From positions 21,824,001 through 21,888,000 of the forward strand of contig NC_090338.1 of NCBI RefSeq assembly GCF_035084215.1: a stretch of 64,000 nucleotides of DNA. Direction: 5' to 3'. This DNA comes from Heptranchias perlo. Its lineage: Eukaryota. The position numbers and the translations under genes are program-made. Under the pieces are notes generated by a model. It was not told where the DNA came from, searched no databases, and saw nothing but the letters and a program-made list of their open reading frames with translations. Of the stretch, positions 1-13,010 are shown piece after piece (the stretch's first letter is position 1; each line of letters opens with the position of its first letter).

Positions 1-1109
1 GTACAAGAAAGCATGATGGACATTAGCAGGCAAAAAAACTAAGTATGGGCACAGCATATGCTTTGCAAAGGTGTAAAAGACATATTAACATTACCTCAAA
101 CTAAAATGGAACGTGGCAGTGACTTGAGAACAGAAAACGATGAGTCCATCACCAGCTATGAGAGAGGAAAAACTCCCAACCTACGAGACCAAATAAAGGG
201 ACAAAAGTAAGGCTGAAACACGCACTTGATGTGAGACTAAGGGTAGTGGCAGGAGAGAGGGAAATCTTTTGAACTGCAACAGAAAAAGAGGCAAGATGGA
301 GGGAAACACTGTAAAGTTATGAAACATAAAAGAAGGGGGGGCTCCCCAGTTCATAAGTAGTGAGGTGAAAACAGTTTGTTCGGTGTGAGTTAGAGAAAAA
401 AGGACAATGTTTCCAGGAGAGGGAGAAAATAAAAAAGTAAAGGCATTCTTAGTACTTTCAACATATAGGATTTTGTTCATCACAGAACATTATTTACATT
501 ATTTAAAGGGAGAATATCACCATGCATTAGTGCCTCACTAACAAAACATTAATATCATTATGACTTATTGATCTTCGATGATGACTTTATACAGATTCTA
601 TCTGTATTGCAATCCACTGGAATTGTTTTACAATACTTGCACTCAAATCAGTCTCAATCATTTTCCTACTGCAGAAACGGCAGTCAACCATTTTTCAATA
701 TCTACTATATTTTTGAACTGTAGAGTGCCCCTCTGAATTTCACAAAATACAAAACAGTTGTCATTCTCTGTATAAGTCTTGAAATTACTGTTGGTGTTGT
801 CAGCAGTTGAATGTTTAATGTTTTCATATGGCATTCCCCATGCTATTATAAAGGAGGAGTCAACCCAGTTAAAATTAATGTCCGTGTTAAAATAACAGAT
901 AGAATGTAATATGGATGTGTTAATCTTTTGTCTACTGATACCACTGGCAGTAGTTTCTAGGCTATAATCTTAGAACCTAATACCTTTTGGGTTCTTGATC
1001 CTTAGCAAGAAAAAAGTTAACCATGAAGTGTTTACGTTAAATGTTGATATCAGGCATATTTGCTGGTGAAATATTTTAAAGAATACTATTGTTGGAAAGG
1101 ACTCATGTC

Positions 1110-1530
1110 AGCCATACCATCTCTAATCATTCAATATTTTTATCCCTCCAACTCAAATCCTTCAGTGTGTTTATCTCTCTATCTCCAATCCTACAGGCTG
1201 TTTAACTTTCCATATTTAATTCGTCAGTCTGTTTATCCCTCCATCTCCAATTTTAACTCACCACCTCCAATCATTCAATGAGTTGATTCCTCTATCTCCA
1301 ATTGTTGGATGAATTTATCCCACCACCTGCACTCACTTTATCTCTCCTCTAATCCTTCACTCTATTTATCTACCCTTCTCTAATCCTTCACTCTGTTATC
1401 TCCCCTTCACTAATCTTGAAGGGTTGTGCGCAGAGATAATAAATGCACTCCAATCCCTCAGTACATTTATTCTCCCTGCATTCAATCCTTCAATTCAAAT
1501 CTTTGCATCTCCAATCACTCATTGATTCTT
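1110..1530. repeat. Degenerate pyrimidine-rich minisatellite (~27-30 bp unit)
   Basis: Recurring tttatctc(c)ctc..tctccaatccttca-like units. Confidence 0.65.
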
Positions 1531-2445
1531 TCTCTGCTTTTGTGCATCATCTGACTCTTTGTAATCTTGTTGCTGAAGTTCCTTGACCCATTTTTTTTTA
1601 TCAACACCGAATGTACGTTTCATTCTTCTTTCAGATAAAGGAACTATGCCCACTATAAATTTTTTATTTCTTCTTACAATTTTTTATTTCAAAAATATCT
1701 TTATATACTAATAACCAGCCTGATAATCAAAATAATGATCTTGCTTTTAAACTCTTAGATAATATTTCCCAAATGGTCTCACATCCCTCCTCCTTCCTGT
1801 TAAGATCCAACAGTGAGCCTGTCATCTCTGTCATTGTACCATTGTATCATACATTGCCTAACAAATGGAGTCAGGCTTCGAGTGGGCAGGAAGTTGCACA
1901 TTAAGTCTATTCCATCTGCCTGTAGTGGGAGTATGATGATGTTTGAAATATTTTCAGGAGTTAAAGGTTAAGATTTTGTACTTATCTTTCTTAAGATAAA
2001 CTTTTTAGTTGGCGGATTGTTGATGGTCGAATCACAGCAACTCTACTGTTGGAAGGCCATTTAAGGCTTCTTTTGATTCCAGTGCCAATGTTCAATAAGC
2101 AACTTTTGAGGAATAAAGAGGTTCAAGATTATTCTTTCATTTTATCTGCTTTTACACATTTTGAACTTAGTGTCCTGAAATATCCAACAATCTGCTTCTA
2201 GCCTCCATTATTGTTGCTGTCAAAACGGCCGCTACAAAGTGACTGCGTCAGCAAGCACTAAGCTGATTTCTTACTTAGACTTCCAGTTGAAGATGAAGGA
2301 AAATTACATGGCATCATTTAGATTGAGGAGATTGGCCAGCATACTCACATTAGTGCATCAGAAGCTCTAGTTGGAATAGTCAGTTCGAACATGGTCATTT
2401 CACCTCTAGAATAAGTTTGAATCCAACTCAGCTGAAGGGTATCTA

Positions 2446-2980
2446 TTGGGCAATGCTGGCAAGGCCATATTTATTGCCCATCCAGTCTTTCTGGTGATGG
2501 TGGTATTAGGTAGATCATTTCAGGATATTGATCCAGCAACAATGAAGGAACATCGATGTTTGTCCAAGTCAGGATGGTGTGTGAGTTGGAGGGGAATTTT
2601 GGAAGTGCAGGTGTTCCAACAGCATTGCTGCTCTTCTCCTTCTTGGTGGTGGTGGTCACAGGAGAGGGAAGTGCTGTTGAAGTAACCTTGGTGAGGTGCT
2701 GCAGTGCATCCTGAAGGTGGCCCATACTGCAGCCACTATCTGGTAATGGAATGGATGGATATTGAGTCCAATGGCAAACTGCTCTTTCCTGGTTGGTGTT
2801 GTGGCTGCACCCATCCAGGCAATTGATGAGCATTCCATCATACTCCTGACATGAACCTTGTAGATGGTGCAGAGGATCGAAGGAGGTGAGCCTCTCGATG
2901 CAGAGTACCCATCCTCTGCCAGACTCTTGTAGCTATGATGTTGATATGGCTGGTCCATTTAAGCTTCTGGTCAAAAGTCA
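2446..2980 (-). mobile_element. 3' fragment of a second CR1/L2-group LINE family
   Basis: Begins with the reverse complement of the tail gggatgggcaataaatgctggcc seen at 25841; colinear with 38290-38476 plus 40811-41270. Confidence 0.75.
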
Positions 2981-2999
2981 CGATCTATCTTTTCTCCTT

Positions 3000-3078
3000 A
3001 AAGATGATGACTGACCTGCTGTATATTTCAAGAATTTTCTGTGTTTATTTCAGATTTCAGCATTTGCAGTTCTTTCTT
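3000..3078 (+). mobile_element. Degenerate Penelope-like terminal fragment
   Basis: gatgactgacctgctg..tttcaagaattttctgtgtttatttcagatttcagcatttgcag resembles 33680-33730 and the reverse complement of 34861-34940. Confidence 0.6.
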
Positions 3079-3129
3079 TTTATTCCCCTGCTTATGTTGC
3101 TGTGTTACCAGCCACAAGATATTCAAGAG

Positions 3130-3520
3130 TGACATGGGGGCATAACAACCATCCCCTCTCTTGTTCGGAAGTGACCAAGCCTTCCTTAACATCTACTTTT
3201 GCAACCTGTATGCAGTATCTTGCCCAAGGAGCCATTCTACATGTGTGAATGGTTGGCTATTTGGCTGTGTGAGCCTGATCTTTTTCTGTAGCAATGTCCG
3301 CACAAGTGCGCTTTCTAGCAGGGGCCGGTGGCTAGCAATCGAGAGGGGGATTCCCAGCTGATTCTTTTCTTCTCCCCTCCCCAGCTCAGCATCCCAATTT
3401 TGGTCCTGGATGAGACCCCAATGCAGAAGAGATGGGGAATCAATCTCGAGACCTTCCAGCCAACATAGCTTAGTGCTGCACCAGGCTGGCCTTTACCCAC
3501 TTGGCCACCTGGGTAGCCCT
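3130..3520 (-). mobile_element. Old tRNA-derived SINE-like repeat
   Basis: Minus strand starts gggctacccaggtggccaagtgggtaaag (A-box-like); family not determined. Confidence 0.4.
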
Positions 3521-4020
3521 GCTCTTCTATTTTTAATAAAAAAAGGCGTTCAGAGGTGGTGAGAAACTTGGCAGACAAACTAAAGGAAGAAAAGCTGTAC
3601 ACTTCCATTTTAACTGAATCATTGTATTTATTTAGGAATACAAGTCTTGGCCCAATTCTACGCTGTACACCATTCCACAGTGAATTTCTGACTTAGTTCC
3701 AGTCCTCTGGTTATGCTGTTATGTTAGCAGCTGCCATATATTTCTTTTCCACCATTCTGAATCAGCATATTGTCAGAACCCACAGTCTCATTTGACATTG
3801 ACATGGTGGAAAGGGGTAAGGCTACAAGGTGAGAGTAGTAGAGCATCCTGTCAGTTCCTCAATAATGATCTTGAGTCTACACCACAAAACTTCGGTTTAG
3901 AAAAAATGCTTCTTTGCTTTTGCCCAACCATTTGTCTTTGTCACCACGATCAGGAAAAAGCCAAAACAGTCATACATCATTTTTGGTGCAATAAAATCGT
4001 TCTCAAGCAACAGAATGATA

Positions 4021-4212
4021 GGGATTGATCTTGACTTTGTGCGATAGTGCAAAACAGGTGATAGCGAATCGGCAGCCTGTTTTACATCTCTCCCGATTTT
4101 TATTTTCATTCCATTGAAATCAATAGAAATAAAAATTGGGAGAGATGTAAAATGGGCTGTTGATCCCCTGTCACCCATTTTACACTATTGCACAAAGTCA
4201 AGATCTATCCCC
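4021..4212. mobile_element. Fold-back MITE (non-autonomous DNA transposon)
   Basis: About 85-bp imperfect inverted arms (gggattgatcttgactttgtgc ... gcacaaagtcaagatctatcccc) around ttccattgaaatcaatag; ata on both flanks. Confidence 0.85.
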
Positions 4213-5809
4213 ATATTTTCATGACACACTGGCACACTGCATCATTGCATTGGTTATTTGATTTATAGATTTACCAAAATAGATTTACCAATTACTTTTG
4301 GAAAAGGACAATTCCTCCTTAATATATTTCCCTCTCCTGCTATATTTCACTTATCATCTCCATGCACCAAACGCTATTCTGCAGGACAAGAGTGTGGGCA
4401 CATGATATTCTTCCTAAACCTCTTATCAGTGATAAACCACATCACACTTCTAGAAGAGGCATGAGAGTAGCCCTAAAGTGGTATGCTGTCTGATTTTTTT
4501 TCCACAAGCGGTGCAGTGCACTGTCTTACTTCCCATAAATAAGCATTTCAGTTTTCACTCTCCTCTTTGATGCTGCGACCAATTCACTAGCGTGTACAAA
4601 CATTATTTACTCTCAGTCATGGAACAGATGCTCACAGGATCAGGTTTCATAATTTCAGGATCTTGGTTTCTCAGGTATAATCATAATTGTACTGTTTATT
4701 GTAAATATTAATATTGCTATAAAATTCTTAAGATGAAGCACATCTTGAACAAAAACCTTTGAACATTTTGCCAAACTCTTAAGCCCCTGCAGAATTTCTA
4801 AATCACTCTATTGATCCTGTGTGATGCAATAAAACAGGATATTTTCTGTAGGATTTACTCCTAGTCCCATAGGACCTTGAAGGATTACTTGTAAAACACT
4901 AAGAATCCTACAGGACATTTTATTTTTGGCAGAAAGCCTGGTGAGATTTTTTTTTGCTGGCGAGGAAAGTGAAGGAGCTGGAAGTACAGGTTTGATTTGA
5001 TTGATTGACTGATAAAACAACGTAAATGAAGGAGGAAAAATAGAAATCAATGGGTGAAATAAAAATCAAGAGGGAACATAAAAATATGTTCACTAAATAT
5101 ATTCACTAAAAAAATGTTGACATGCATTAACAATGGTTCATTATGGGCTGAAGGAGCTATTGGACTATTCTTCTGCTACTCTTGGATGACTCCTGTCCAA
5201 AAATGGGTTCATGAATATTAACAAAAAGTGGATAAAAATGTTTTGCACTAGTTAAGGCCTTGTTAAAGGTCAATCATGAAAAACTCACTAGGAATTACAT
5301 GGGGTGAGGGATAATCGAAAAGTGACCGTTTTATTACAGATTGCATCTGGACATGACGAGTTTAACAAAAGCTAAGATCTTGATGTATCAGTACAGCAGT
5401 AATAGATACATCAAAGAGAATGGTACAGAGGGAACTACTGCCACAGAGCATGGGGCATAGTGACCATTAGTGGGTGTCTTGCAGCGTAGCAGCAAGAGGA
5501 GAACAGGGACCACAAAGTGTATGAGAGGCACACAACTCAAAGCTGGCACTACCCAAGGCAATAGGGGGAGTTTTCAACAGCTCCACCAGGGTAAAATTAA
5601 TGGGATGAAAATCAGATGGGTTCTACAAAGTGGGCGATCCACTCTGCCAGATTCCCGGCCAGACGATGAAGTTGAAAATTACCTGCAGAATGTCTACAGC
5701 AACACTGTCAGGTACCTGGATGAGTCATACATGAGTAGATTCAGACTAAGAGGCTGAGACTCAGTTGTGCCATCTGATCCAAGAAGGCTTGTCAGGATAG
5801 TCAATCAAC

Positions 5810-5993
5810 CCTCCCTAAACTTCTCTGCCTCTTTCCTCTTTTAAGGCGCTCCTAAGGATACCTTTTTTACTAAGCTTTTACTCACCTGTCCTAATATCTC
5901 CTCCTTTGGCTCGATGTCAATTTTTGTCTGATTACGCTCCTATGAAGCACCTTGGGACATTATGCTACATTAAAGGTGCCATATAAATGCAAA
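5810..5993 (+). mobile_element. L2 LINE 3' tail
   Basis: Ends ccttgggacattatgctacattaaaggtgccatataaatgcaa; homologous to the reverse complement of 49383-49580. Confidence 0.75.
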
Positions 5994-6098
5994 TCCTTTC
6001 GTTTCCTTCAGTACAACTATTGCTGTTTTAACAGCCCTGCATTTTACAACCATATTTAACAGCCTTCCTCAGTTTTATTTGTCACTTTTGAAGATACT

Positions 6099-6369
6099 GG
6101 GGTTAAATTTAACTTGAGGCGATTGTGTAAAACAGGGCCATATGGATCGGCGGCGCGTTATACACCTTTCTCGATGTTCATTTGAAAAGTCACATGCATA
6201 TGCTGTGCAAATATGAGTATTGCAATCACGTGCCATTGACGGTGTCTACTATTCATTTTAATTAACTAATCAAAAATGCAATTAGTCACATCTGGATTCC
6301 CAATTTGGCGAGTGGCTAACGTATTGGACAGCACTGATTTAAATAACCGGAAAATAGGGCATTTACCCC
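6099..6369. mobile_element. Degenerate MITE-like element
   Basis: Ends ggggttaaattt ... gcatttacccc; the left part resembles the 4021 arm (gtgtaaaacaggg..gatcggcggc). Confidence 0.45.
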
Positions 6370-7619
6370 CTTTATGACATTTCTGTTGTGTATGCTCATA
6401 ATTGTTTGGGAATGGTGTGAATCTGATCCAACTGGGGTACCAGAGGGTGATTGGTGAGAGACAAGCTGGCAGGGCAGCTTTCACGTTTGTATCTTATGTA
6501 TGAGGATGAAGAAAGAACAGAGGCAAAACTCTCAAGCTGCAGAAGCTTCTCATCCTTTTTCCTTCATCCTTTTCTTTTCTCTTCTCTAAGCCTGTGCCTT
6601 TGTTGATGCTGGAAGTCCCACACTCTTACATGCAGCTCTGGCGCTGGTATAGGTCCAGCGTTAGTATCGGTCTGTCACTAATTTGTAACATATTTTCTTG
6701 ATGCTGCCAAATATCTCCTGGGAAATAGAATAAGAACATGTACTTTGACAGCGCTATCTGTGGTTTATGATGTCAATCGTACTCCACATCGTAGAAGGGG
6801 GGAAAAAAGGGAATCGTATCTCAAAGCTTTGCATAATGATTCGGCTTTTTTAATTTTATATTTATGAGCACAGTTCTTTGAAGTGTTTATCTGGCAACTT
6901 TCAATGACAAAAAAAAATCAAGGCCAACCGTCTAATCCATTCAATGCTTCGAAGTATGTCACTGCTAACGGCACACAGATGTATTATTTTGTTGTTCTGA
7001 GTTTTTTTTAAACTCATACTGTGTGGAGAGAAAAAAAATTATCAGCATGAAAAGAAGGATTAACAAAGCTTCAAGAGAACCCAGCGTTTTTAATTGTGTT
7101 CTGTCATTCAACCAAAAATGCCCAATTTTCCACGTTTAACAGCTGCACTGACTGATACCTGTTATTCCAGATATCGCAGATACCAGATGTTGGGGCAGGG
7201 CAGAGCCTGCTTTCTTTGAAGCTTCTTTTGGCAGTGTTTGGCTTCAAAGGTTCTTTTTTTTAATTTGAAAAGCTCAGTTCTTTGTGGTGAGATCTTCAGA
7301 AGTCAGAGTCTATTTCTGTCTTTCCTTTTTTTTTAATCTTCTTTCCCCTGGTCCTAGTTCTTCGCTCATCTGCAAGTCGCTCATTTTCTGTTTGATATGT
7401 TTAACTTTTGCTACGTTATTCAAGACAGGCTTTTACAGTATTTACTTTAAAATGGTTGTTGTTTTTGTTCATACTTAGAAAGTGTAGATGATATGTTCAA
7501 TTCTGGCATTGCGTGATGGTTTTACTGGAGTTTATTTTAGGTAGGTTTGCCACTATATTTTATCCGTTTTCTAAGCGTTTTTTGGGCAGTTTTGCTGGAT
7601 TTTGGGAAGCTTTCCCTCC

Positions 7620-8520
7620 TACCTGTCCCAATGCAGTCACACTAGCTCCTTGAATAGTTTCTCCTCTGATGCCTGCACAGTTACTTCTGGTGTGTCATAT
7701 GGCTTCATCCTTGACTCTCTACTGTTCGCCCTCCATACTACCCCTTAGCAGTATCATTTGCAACTATGGGTGTTAGCTTCCATGTGTACAATGATGACAC
7801 CCGATTCTATCCCCCTCCCCACCACAAACACTGATTCCAGGGCTGTTGCTGCACTATTCTGGTGTCAGTTCCTCGAAGAGTTGAGACTTCCTACAGTTCA
7901 ACGCTGCTAAACTGTATCCATTCGATATAATATATGCCTCTGGCAAAGACTCCATTAATCACCCTGACTGCTCACTTATTCTGACTCTGGTGTTTCAAAA
8001 TCTTGGCATTCTTCTCAATTCTGAGCTGATCTTTCTAACTCACACCTGGTCCATTGCCAAAACCACCTTCTTTCACCTATGGAACATTGCCTACTTACAG
8101 CTCACCTCAACTGCTGATGACATCACCCATGCTTCCTTGCTTTCAAAAATTGTTTTCTCTAATGCTCTTCACATTGGTGTCTGCACCACCATCCTTCACA
8201 AGCTTAATCTAATTCCGAACTCTACAGTCCATGTCTACCCCAGCACAAGCACCTGACATGCATTACCCAATCCTTGCATGACTCCAATGGTTCCCCATAC
8301 CTCAGCAAATCAACTTCAAGATCTTTATGTTTACTTTCAAATTCCTCCAAGGCCAGAGAGCTAATGATCAGAAACCTTCTAATAGCCCATCTATTCCGCT
8401 GTTCCTTTAATTTTCCTCCTAGATTCCTTTATCTACTGCCTAGCACCCAGCTTTTCCCCCTTATAAAGTGCTCTGAAAGTTTTTTTAAAATGTGAAAAGC
8501 ACTATAGACATGTAAGTTGT
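7620..8520 (+). mobile_element. Degenerate L2 LINE (RT region to 3' tail)
   Basis: Remnants GVSYGFILDSLLF, FHVYNDDTRFY and QNLGILLNSELIFLTHTWSIAKTTFFHLWNIAYL; tail gtgaaaagcactatagacatgtaagttgt. Confidence 0.8.
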
Positions 8521-9017
8521 AGTATTGTGCACAGTTCTTGTTTCCATATTATAGAAAGGATATAGAGGCATTGGAGAGGGTGCAAAAAAGATTCACAAGG
8601 ATACCAGAACTGGGAGGATATACTTATCAGGAAAGGTTGCACAGGCTAGGGCTCTTTTCCCTAGAAAAGATCAGGCTGAGGAGTGATCTGATAGAGTAAA
8701 CATAGAGAAAACATTGCCACTTGTGGGAGAGTCCAAAATTAGAGGTCATAAATATAAAAGTCACTAATAAATCCAATAAGGAACTCAGGAGAAATTTCTG
8801 TACCCAAAGAATGGTAAGAATGTGAAACGCGCTACCGCAAGGAGTAGTTGAGGCAAATGGCATTGATGCATTTAAGGGAAAGCTAGATAAGCACACGAGG
8901 GAGAAAGGAATAGAAGGGTATCCTGATAGGGTTACTTGAAGTAGGGAGAGAGGAGGCTCGTGTGAAGCACAAATGCCGGCATAGACCAGTTGGGCCGAAT
9001 GACTTGTTCCTGTGCTG
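8521..9017 (+). mobile_element. CR1 LINE 3' fragment
   Basis: YCAQF..RKDIEALERVQKRFTR, RLRSDLIE and FCTQRMVRM motifs; CR1 3'UTR hairpin region. Confidence 0.9.
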
Positions 9018-9074
9018 TTGTTTCGATGTAATTTGATGAAGTTGATATCATTCATATTTTTTGTTACAATAAAC

Positions 9075-9500
9075 TATGGGTGTATTTCATGGGGTGCATC
9101 TTGAGCAGAAATGCTCGGATCTATTCTGCGCGGGCTTTCCAGGTGCATTTGGTGCAGGTTTGCTGGAGCACATTTTGAACAGATGTGTTGGGGTGCATTT
9201 TGAAGGGTTCGCTGAAGTGCATTTTGGGCAGGTAGATCGTGTATCTTCTGAGCAGTTTGCTGGAATGTAGTTTGGGCCGGTTTCCAGGGTGCTTTTGGGT
9301 GAGTTTGCCAAGATATATTCTGAGTGTGATGCTGGTGCATATTTTGGTTAGGCTTGGGGATATGTATTTTAGGCAGGTTTGCTAGTGTGATTTTGGGTGT
9401 TGTTTCTGGGGTTTATTCTGAGGGAGGTTGCTGGAACATATTTTAGGTGGGTTAGCAGCATGTATTTTTAACGGGTTTGCTCGGGTGCATTTTACTGAAT
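9075..9500. repeat. Degenerate ~23-bp tandem repeat (gtttgctggggtgcattttgggca-like)
   Basis: Many diverged units; a related short array lies at ~7510-7610. Confidence 0.75.
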
Positions 9501-10239
9501 AATTGAGCAACAATTCTTTGCTGAAATATTAAAAAGTAACAGTTGATCTAGAAGATCCTATTTTAACATATGAAGAATATGGTTGATGGCTCACCCACGA
9601 ATAGGTACCCCCCCTGCCACTGACTTGCCTGTTGTAGGTGATCCAAAGCAGTGTAGTTGCTACAGAAATTCCAAGCCCCATGAAGTGCTGTTCCACTTGT
9701 TGCGGCCATCTTAATTTTCTGCACGTGTAGAATGATCGGTACACCTGCATAATCAGCAGTTAGGCTCCTCTGGAATGCACACGTCACATAGAGAAATGAA
9801 AATAGAGTGAAAGAGAAAACAGCAGGTGAAGGCTGTCGCTGTGAGACAGGTTCCAGGAAATGGAAAACAGCTGCCGAAAGAAAAGAACAGGTGGTCAGAG
9901 CAGGGAAAGGTGGTTCGAGGTTTCAGATGCTCAGGGAGAGGGAGAAGGGACATGGTTTCAGTAAGAGTTGGTGAGAATCAAAATAAATCGAATAATCGGA
10001 GGCTGAGAGATATCATTCCATGGGGGGAGACATCAGTTTACAGGGACTGAGAGGCTGTGAAAAATACTTTTTTGATAAAGAAAAAGGGGCAGTGAGGTAT
10101 GGAGATATTGAAGAAAAGTAAAAAAGATGAAATTTAAAAGATTGAGCTGAAGCAGGTGGTTAGATTCCCAGCACAAGCAGCTAATTCTATGTTATTAACT
10201 CCTTCCAGGAGAACTGGGTAGATATCTGTAAACAATTGA

Positions 10240-11162
10240 GGTTGCAGATTTGCATATGACACAAAACTTGGAAGTGTAGTGAACAGTGAGGAGGATAGTG
10301 ATAGGCTTCAAGAGGACATAGACAGGCTGGTGGAATGGGCGGACACGTGGCAGATGAAATTTAACACAGAAAAATGCTAAGTTATACATTTTGGTAGAGA
10401 GAACGAAGGGAGGCAATATAAACTAAAGGGTACAATTCTAAAAGGGGTTCAGGAACAGAGAGATCTGTGGACATATGTGCACAAATCGTTAAAGGTGACC
10501 GGGCAGATTGAGAAAGCGGTTAAAACAGAATACGGGATCCTAGGCTTTATAAATAGAGGCATAGAGTACAAAAGCATTATGATGAACCTTTATAAAACAT
10601 TGGTTCAGCCACAACAGCAGTATTGTGTCCAGTTCTGGGCACCGCACTTTAGGAAAGATGTGAAGGCCTTAGAGAGGATAGAGAAGAGATTTACTAGAAT
10701 GATTCCAGGGATGAGGGACTTCAGTTACGTGGATAGACTGGAGATGCTGGAGTTATTCTCCTTAGAGCAGAGAAGGTTGAGAGGAGATTTGATAGAGGTG
10801 TTCAAAATCATGAAGGGTCTAGACAAAGTAGATAGAGAGAGACTGTTCTCATTGGCGGAGAGGTCAAGAACCAGAGGACATAGATTTAAGGTGATTGGCA
10901 AAAGAACCAAAGGCGACATGAGAAAAAACTTTTCTACACAGCGAGTGGTTGTGATCTGGAATGCACTGCCCGAGGGGGTGGTGGAGGCAGATTCAATCGT
11001 GGCTTTGAAAAGGGAATTGGATAAGCACTTGAAGGGAAAAAATTTGCAGGGCTACGGGAAAAGGGCGGGGGAGTGGGACTAGCTGATTGCTCTTGCAGAG
11101 AGCCGGCATGGACTCGATGGGCTGAATGGCCTCCTTCCATGCTGTAACCATTCTATGATTCT
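10240..11162 (+). mobile_element. CR1 LINE 3' fragment (RT C-terminus, ORF2 end and 3'UTR)
   Basis: FAYDTKLG; 201-aa ORF 10477-11082 with LYKTLVQP..YCVQFWAPHFRKD, EQRRLRGDLIEVFKI, RTRGH and FSTQRVVVIWNALP; tail attctatgattcta. Confidence 0.95.
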
Positions 11163-12670
11163 AACAGCAGCAGCTTGCATTTATGTAGTGCCTTTCACAG
11201 ACAAGGGGCTCAATTTTAAACATCAATTGCGGGGGTGGGGGGGCTGCGAAAATTGCAGAAATGCAGAGTGGGTTCGGAAACCGACTGCAACCCGCCATCT
11301 TCCGAGTTTCCTACAGACGCACCTGTGCGCGCGCGGGCGTCCCGATTCCGGAAGTCCCGCCAGCAATTAAAGTCAGTGGGATGATAGTTAAAGAATCATG
11401 TGTACCTCATTGAGGTACTTAAGGCACTTTACTTGTGACATATTAGGTAGTTAGAACGATTTTTAACTTAACTGGGCGGCTTTCCCACGGCTTCTGATTC
11501 ACACCCGGTGAAATCAGGCGTGAAGGGTCGGATCAGGCAAAAAGAAACAAAATAAATTAAATAAGAAACCATTGCACAAAGTTAAAACACAAAATCAACC
11601 TACCTTTCCACCCTGCTCTGATGTCTCCATCTCCGATCTCCCCCTCTCCCCCCCACCCCATGTCCCCCCAAGCTCCCCCTCTTTCCACCCGATCTTCCCC
11701 TGTCCCCCCCCCGATCTTCCCCCCGATCTTCCACTCTTCCCCCCCCCCCCCCCCGCCCCCGATCTTCTGTTCCAGCGCTGGATGACGTCTCGCTCTCTCT
11801 CTTTCTCTCCCCCCTCCCCCCACCTCGGCGTTGCAGCTCCTGTCAGCAGCCAGTCTATCAATCAGGCTGGCTGCCAGGCACGAAACCGGGACAGAACTTC
11901 AATCACGATCAAATACATTGCAATCACGTTGGAAACGGTAAAGTTTTTTATTGGGGCTTGACACACACACCTTCACCGCCCCCCCCCCCCCACCCCACCA
12001 CTGCCAACCCGCCACCATTTCAAAATTGAGCCCGAGATGTTCCAATGATCTTAACATAGGAATAATCAGGGGAACTGCCATCAAGTCATGGAAAAGATGA
12101 GTAGAGATGACTGAAGGCTAGGTTGAAATGACACTTTTGAGGATATGTTTAAAGGACAGAGAAATGGAAGATTGGAGGGATTTTGAAGGGAATTCCAAAG
12201 AGTAGAGCCAATTCATGGGGTGAAGGTAAGGAGGATGTACAGGAGGCTGCAACTGGAGGACCAAAGGATGCAGAATGGATGAATGAATGAACAGGTTTGC
12301 AGAGGTAAGGAGGTGAAAGTCCTTGGAGAGATTTGAACATGAGGACAAGGATTTTAAATTGGCTGTGGTGCAGTATGGGGAGCCAGTACCAATCAGTAAA
12401 GGTGGGAGTGTTGGGCTGCAGGTCTTGATCTGGGACAGGATGCAAGTGACTGCGTTTGGAGTTTGTGGGTGATGATTGATAGAAGGCCAGTGAGTACAAT
12501 GTTGGTGTAATTGAATCTGGAAGTGACAAAAGTGTGGATAGGGGTTTTGGTATGTAGGGTGAGGGTCTGAGGTAGGAGCAGAGACGGGCAATGTTGCAGA
12601 GGTGAATGTAAGTGGACTTGGTGATGGGCAGGATGTTGGGTATGAAGCTCAGCTCAGGATCGAACATGAT
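11163..12670 (-). mobile_element. L2 LINE 3' part, interrupted by a MITE
   Basis: Tail aacagcagcagcttgcatttatgtagtgccttt at 11163; ORF remnants FDPELSFIPNILPITKSTYIHLCNIARL and WYWLPILHHSQFKILVLMFKSLQGLSPPYL. Confidence 0.85.
11206..12033. mobile_element. Non-autonomous PIF/Harbinger-type element (MITE)
   Basis: Perfect 12-bp TIR gggctcaatttt/aaaattgagccc; flanks aag/gag; shares tcccgccagcaattaaag with 62067-62084. Confidence 0.85.
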
Positions 12671-12800
12671 GCTGAGGATAAGTATAAGTACAGACAGAGA
12701 TAATCAAGTACGTAAGGAACTTGGTGACTCCTGTGTTCAAAGAAATGTCTGTGAAAAGCAGTCAGGCAAGGTTGAGTAGTGTGTGGGGGATGGGTTGATG

Positions 12801-13010
12801 GAATCATAGAATGGTTAAAGCACAGAAGGAGGCCATTCGGCCTATCGAGCCCATGCTGGTTCTTTGTAAGAGCAATCCAGTTATTCCCATTCCCATGCTC
12901 TTTCCCCATGGCCCTGCAAATTTTTTCCTTTCAAGTATTTATCCAATTCCTTTTTGAAAGCCACAATTGAATCTGCCTCCACCACCCTTTCAGGCAGCAC
13001 ATTCCAGATA
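12801..13010 (-). mobile_element. CR1 LINE 3' end
   Basis: IWNVLPERVVEADSIVAFKKELDKYLKGKNLQG plus 3'UTR. Confidence 0.9.

Noticed and set aside
10477-11082. 201-aa ORF as a host gene
   Set aside because: It is the C-terminal part of CR1 ORF2 and is followed by a CR1 3'UTR.
11557-11961. Pro-rich and Gly-rich ORFs and G-quadruplex-like tracts
   Set aside because: By-product of C-rich low-complexity sequence inside a MITE.
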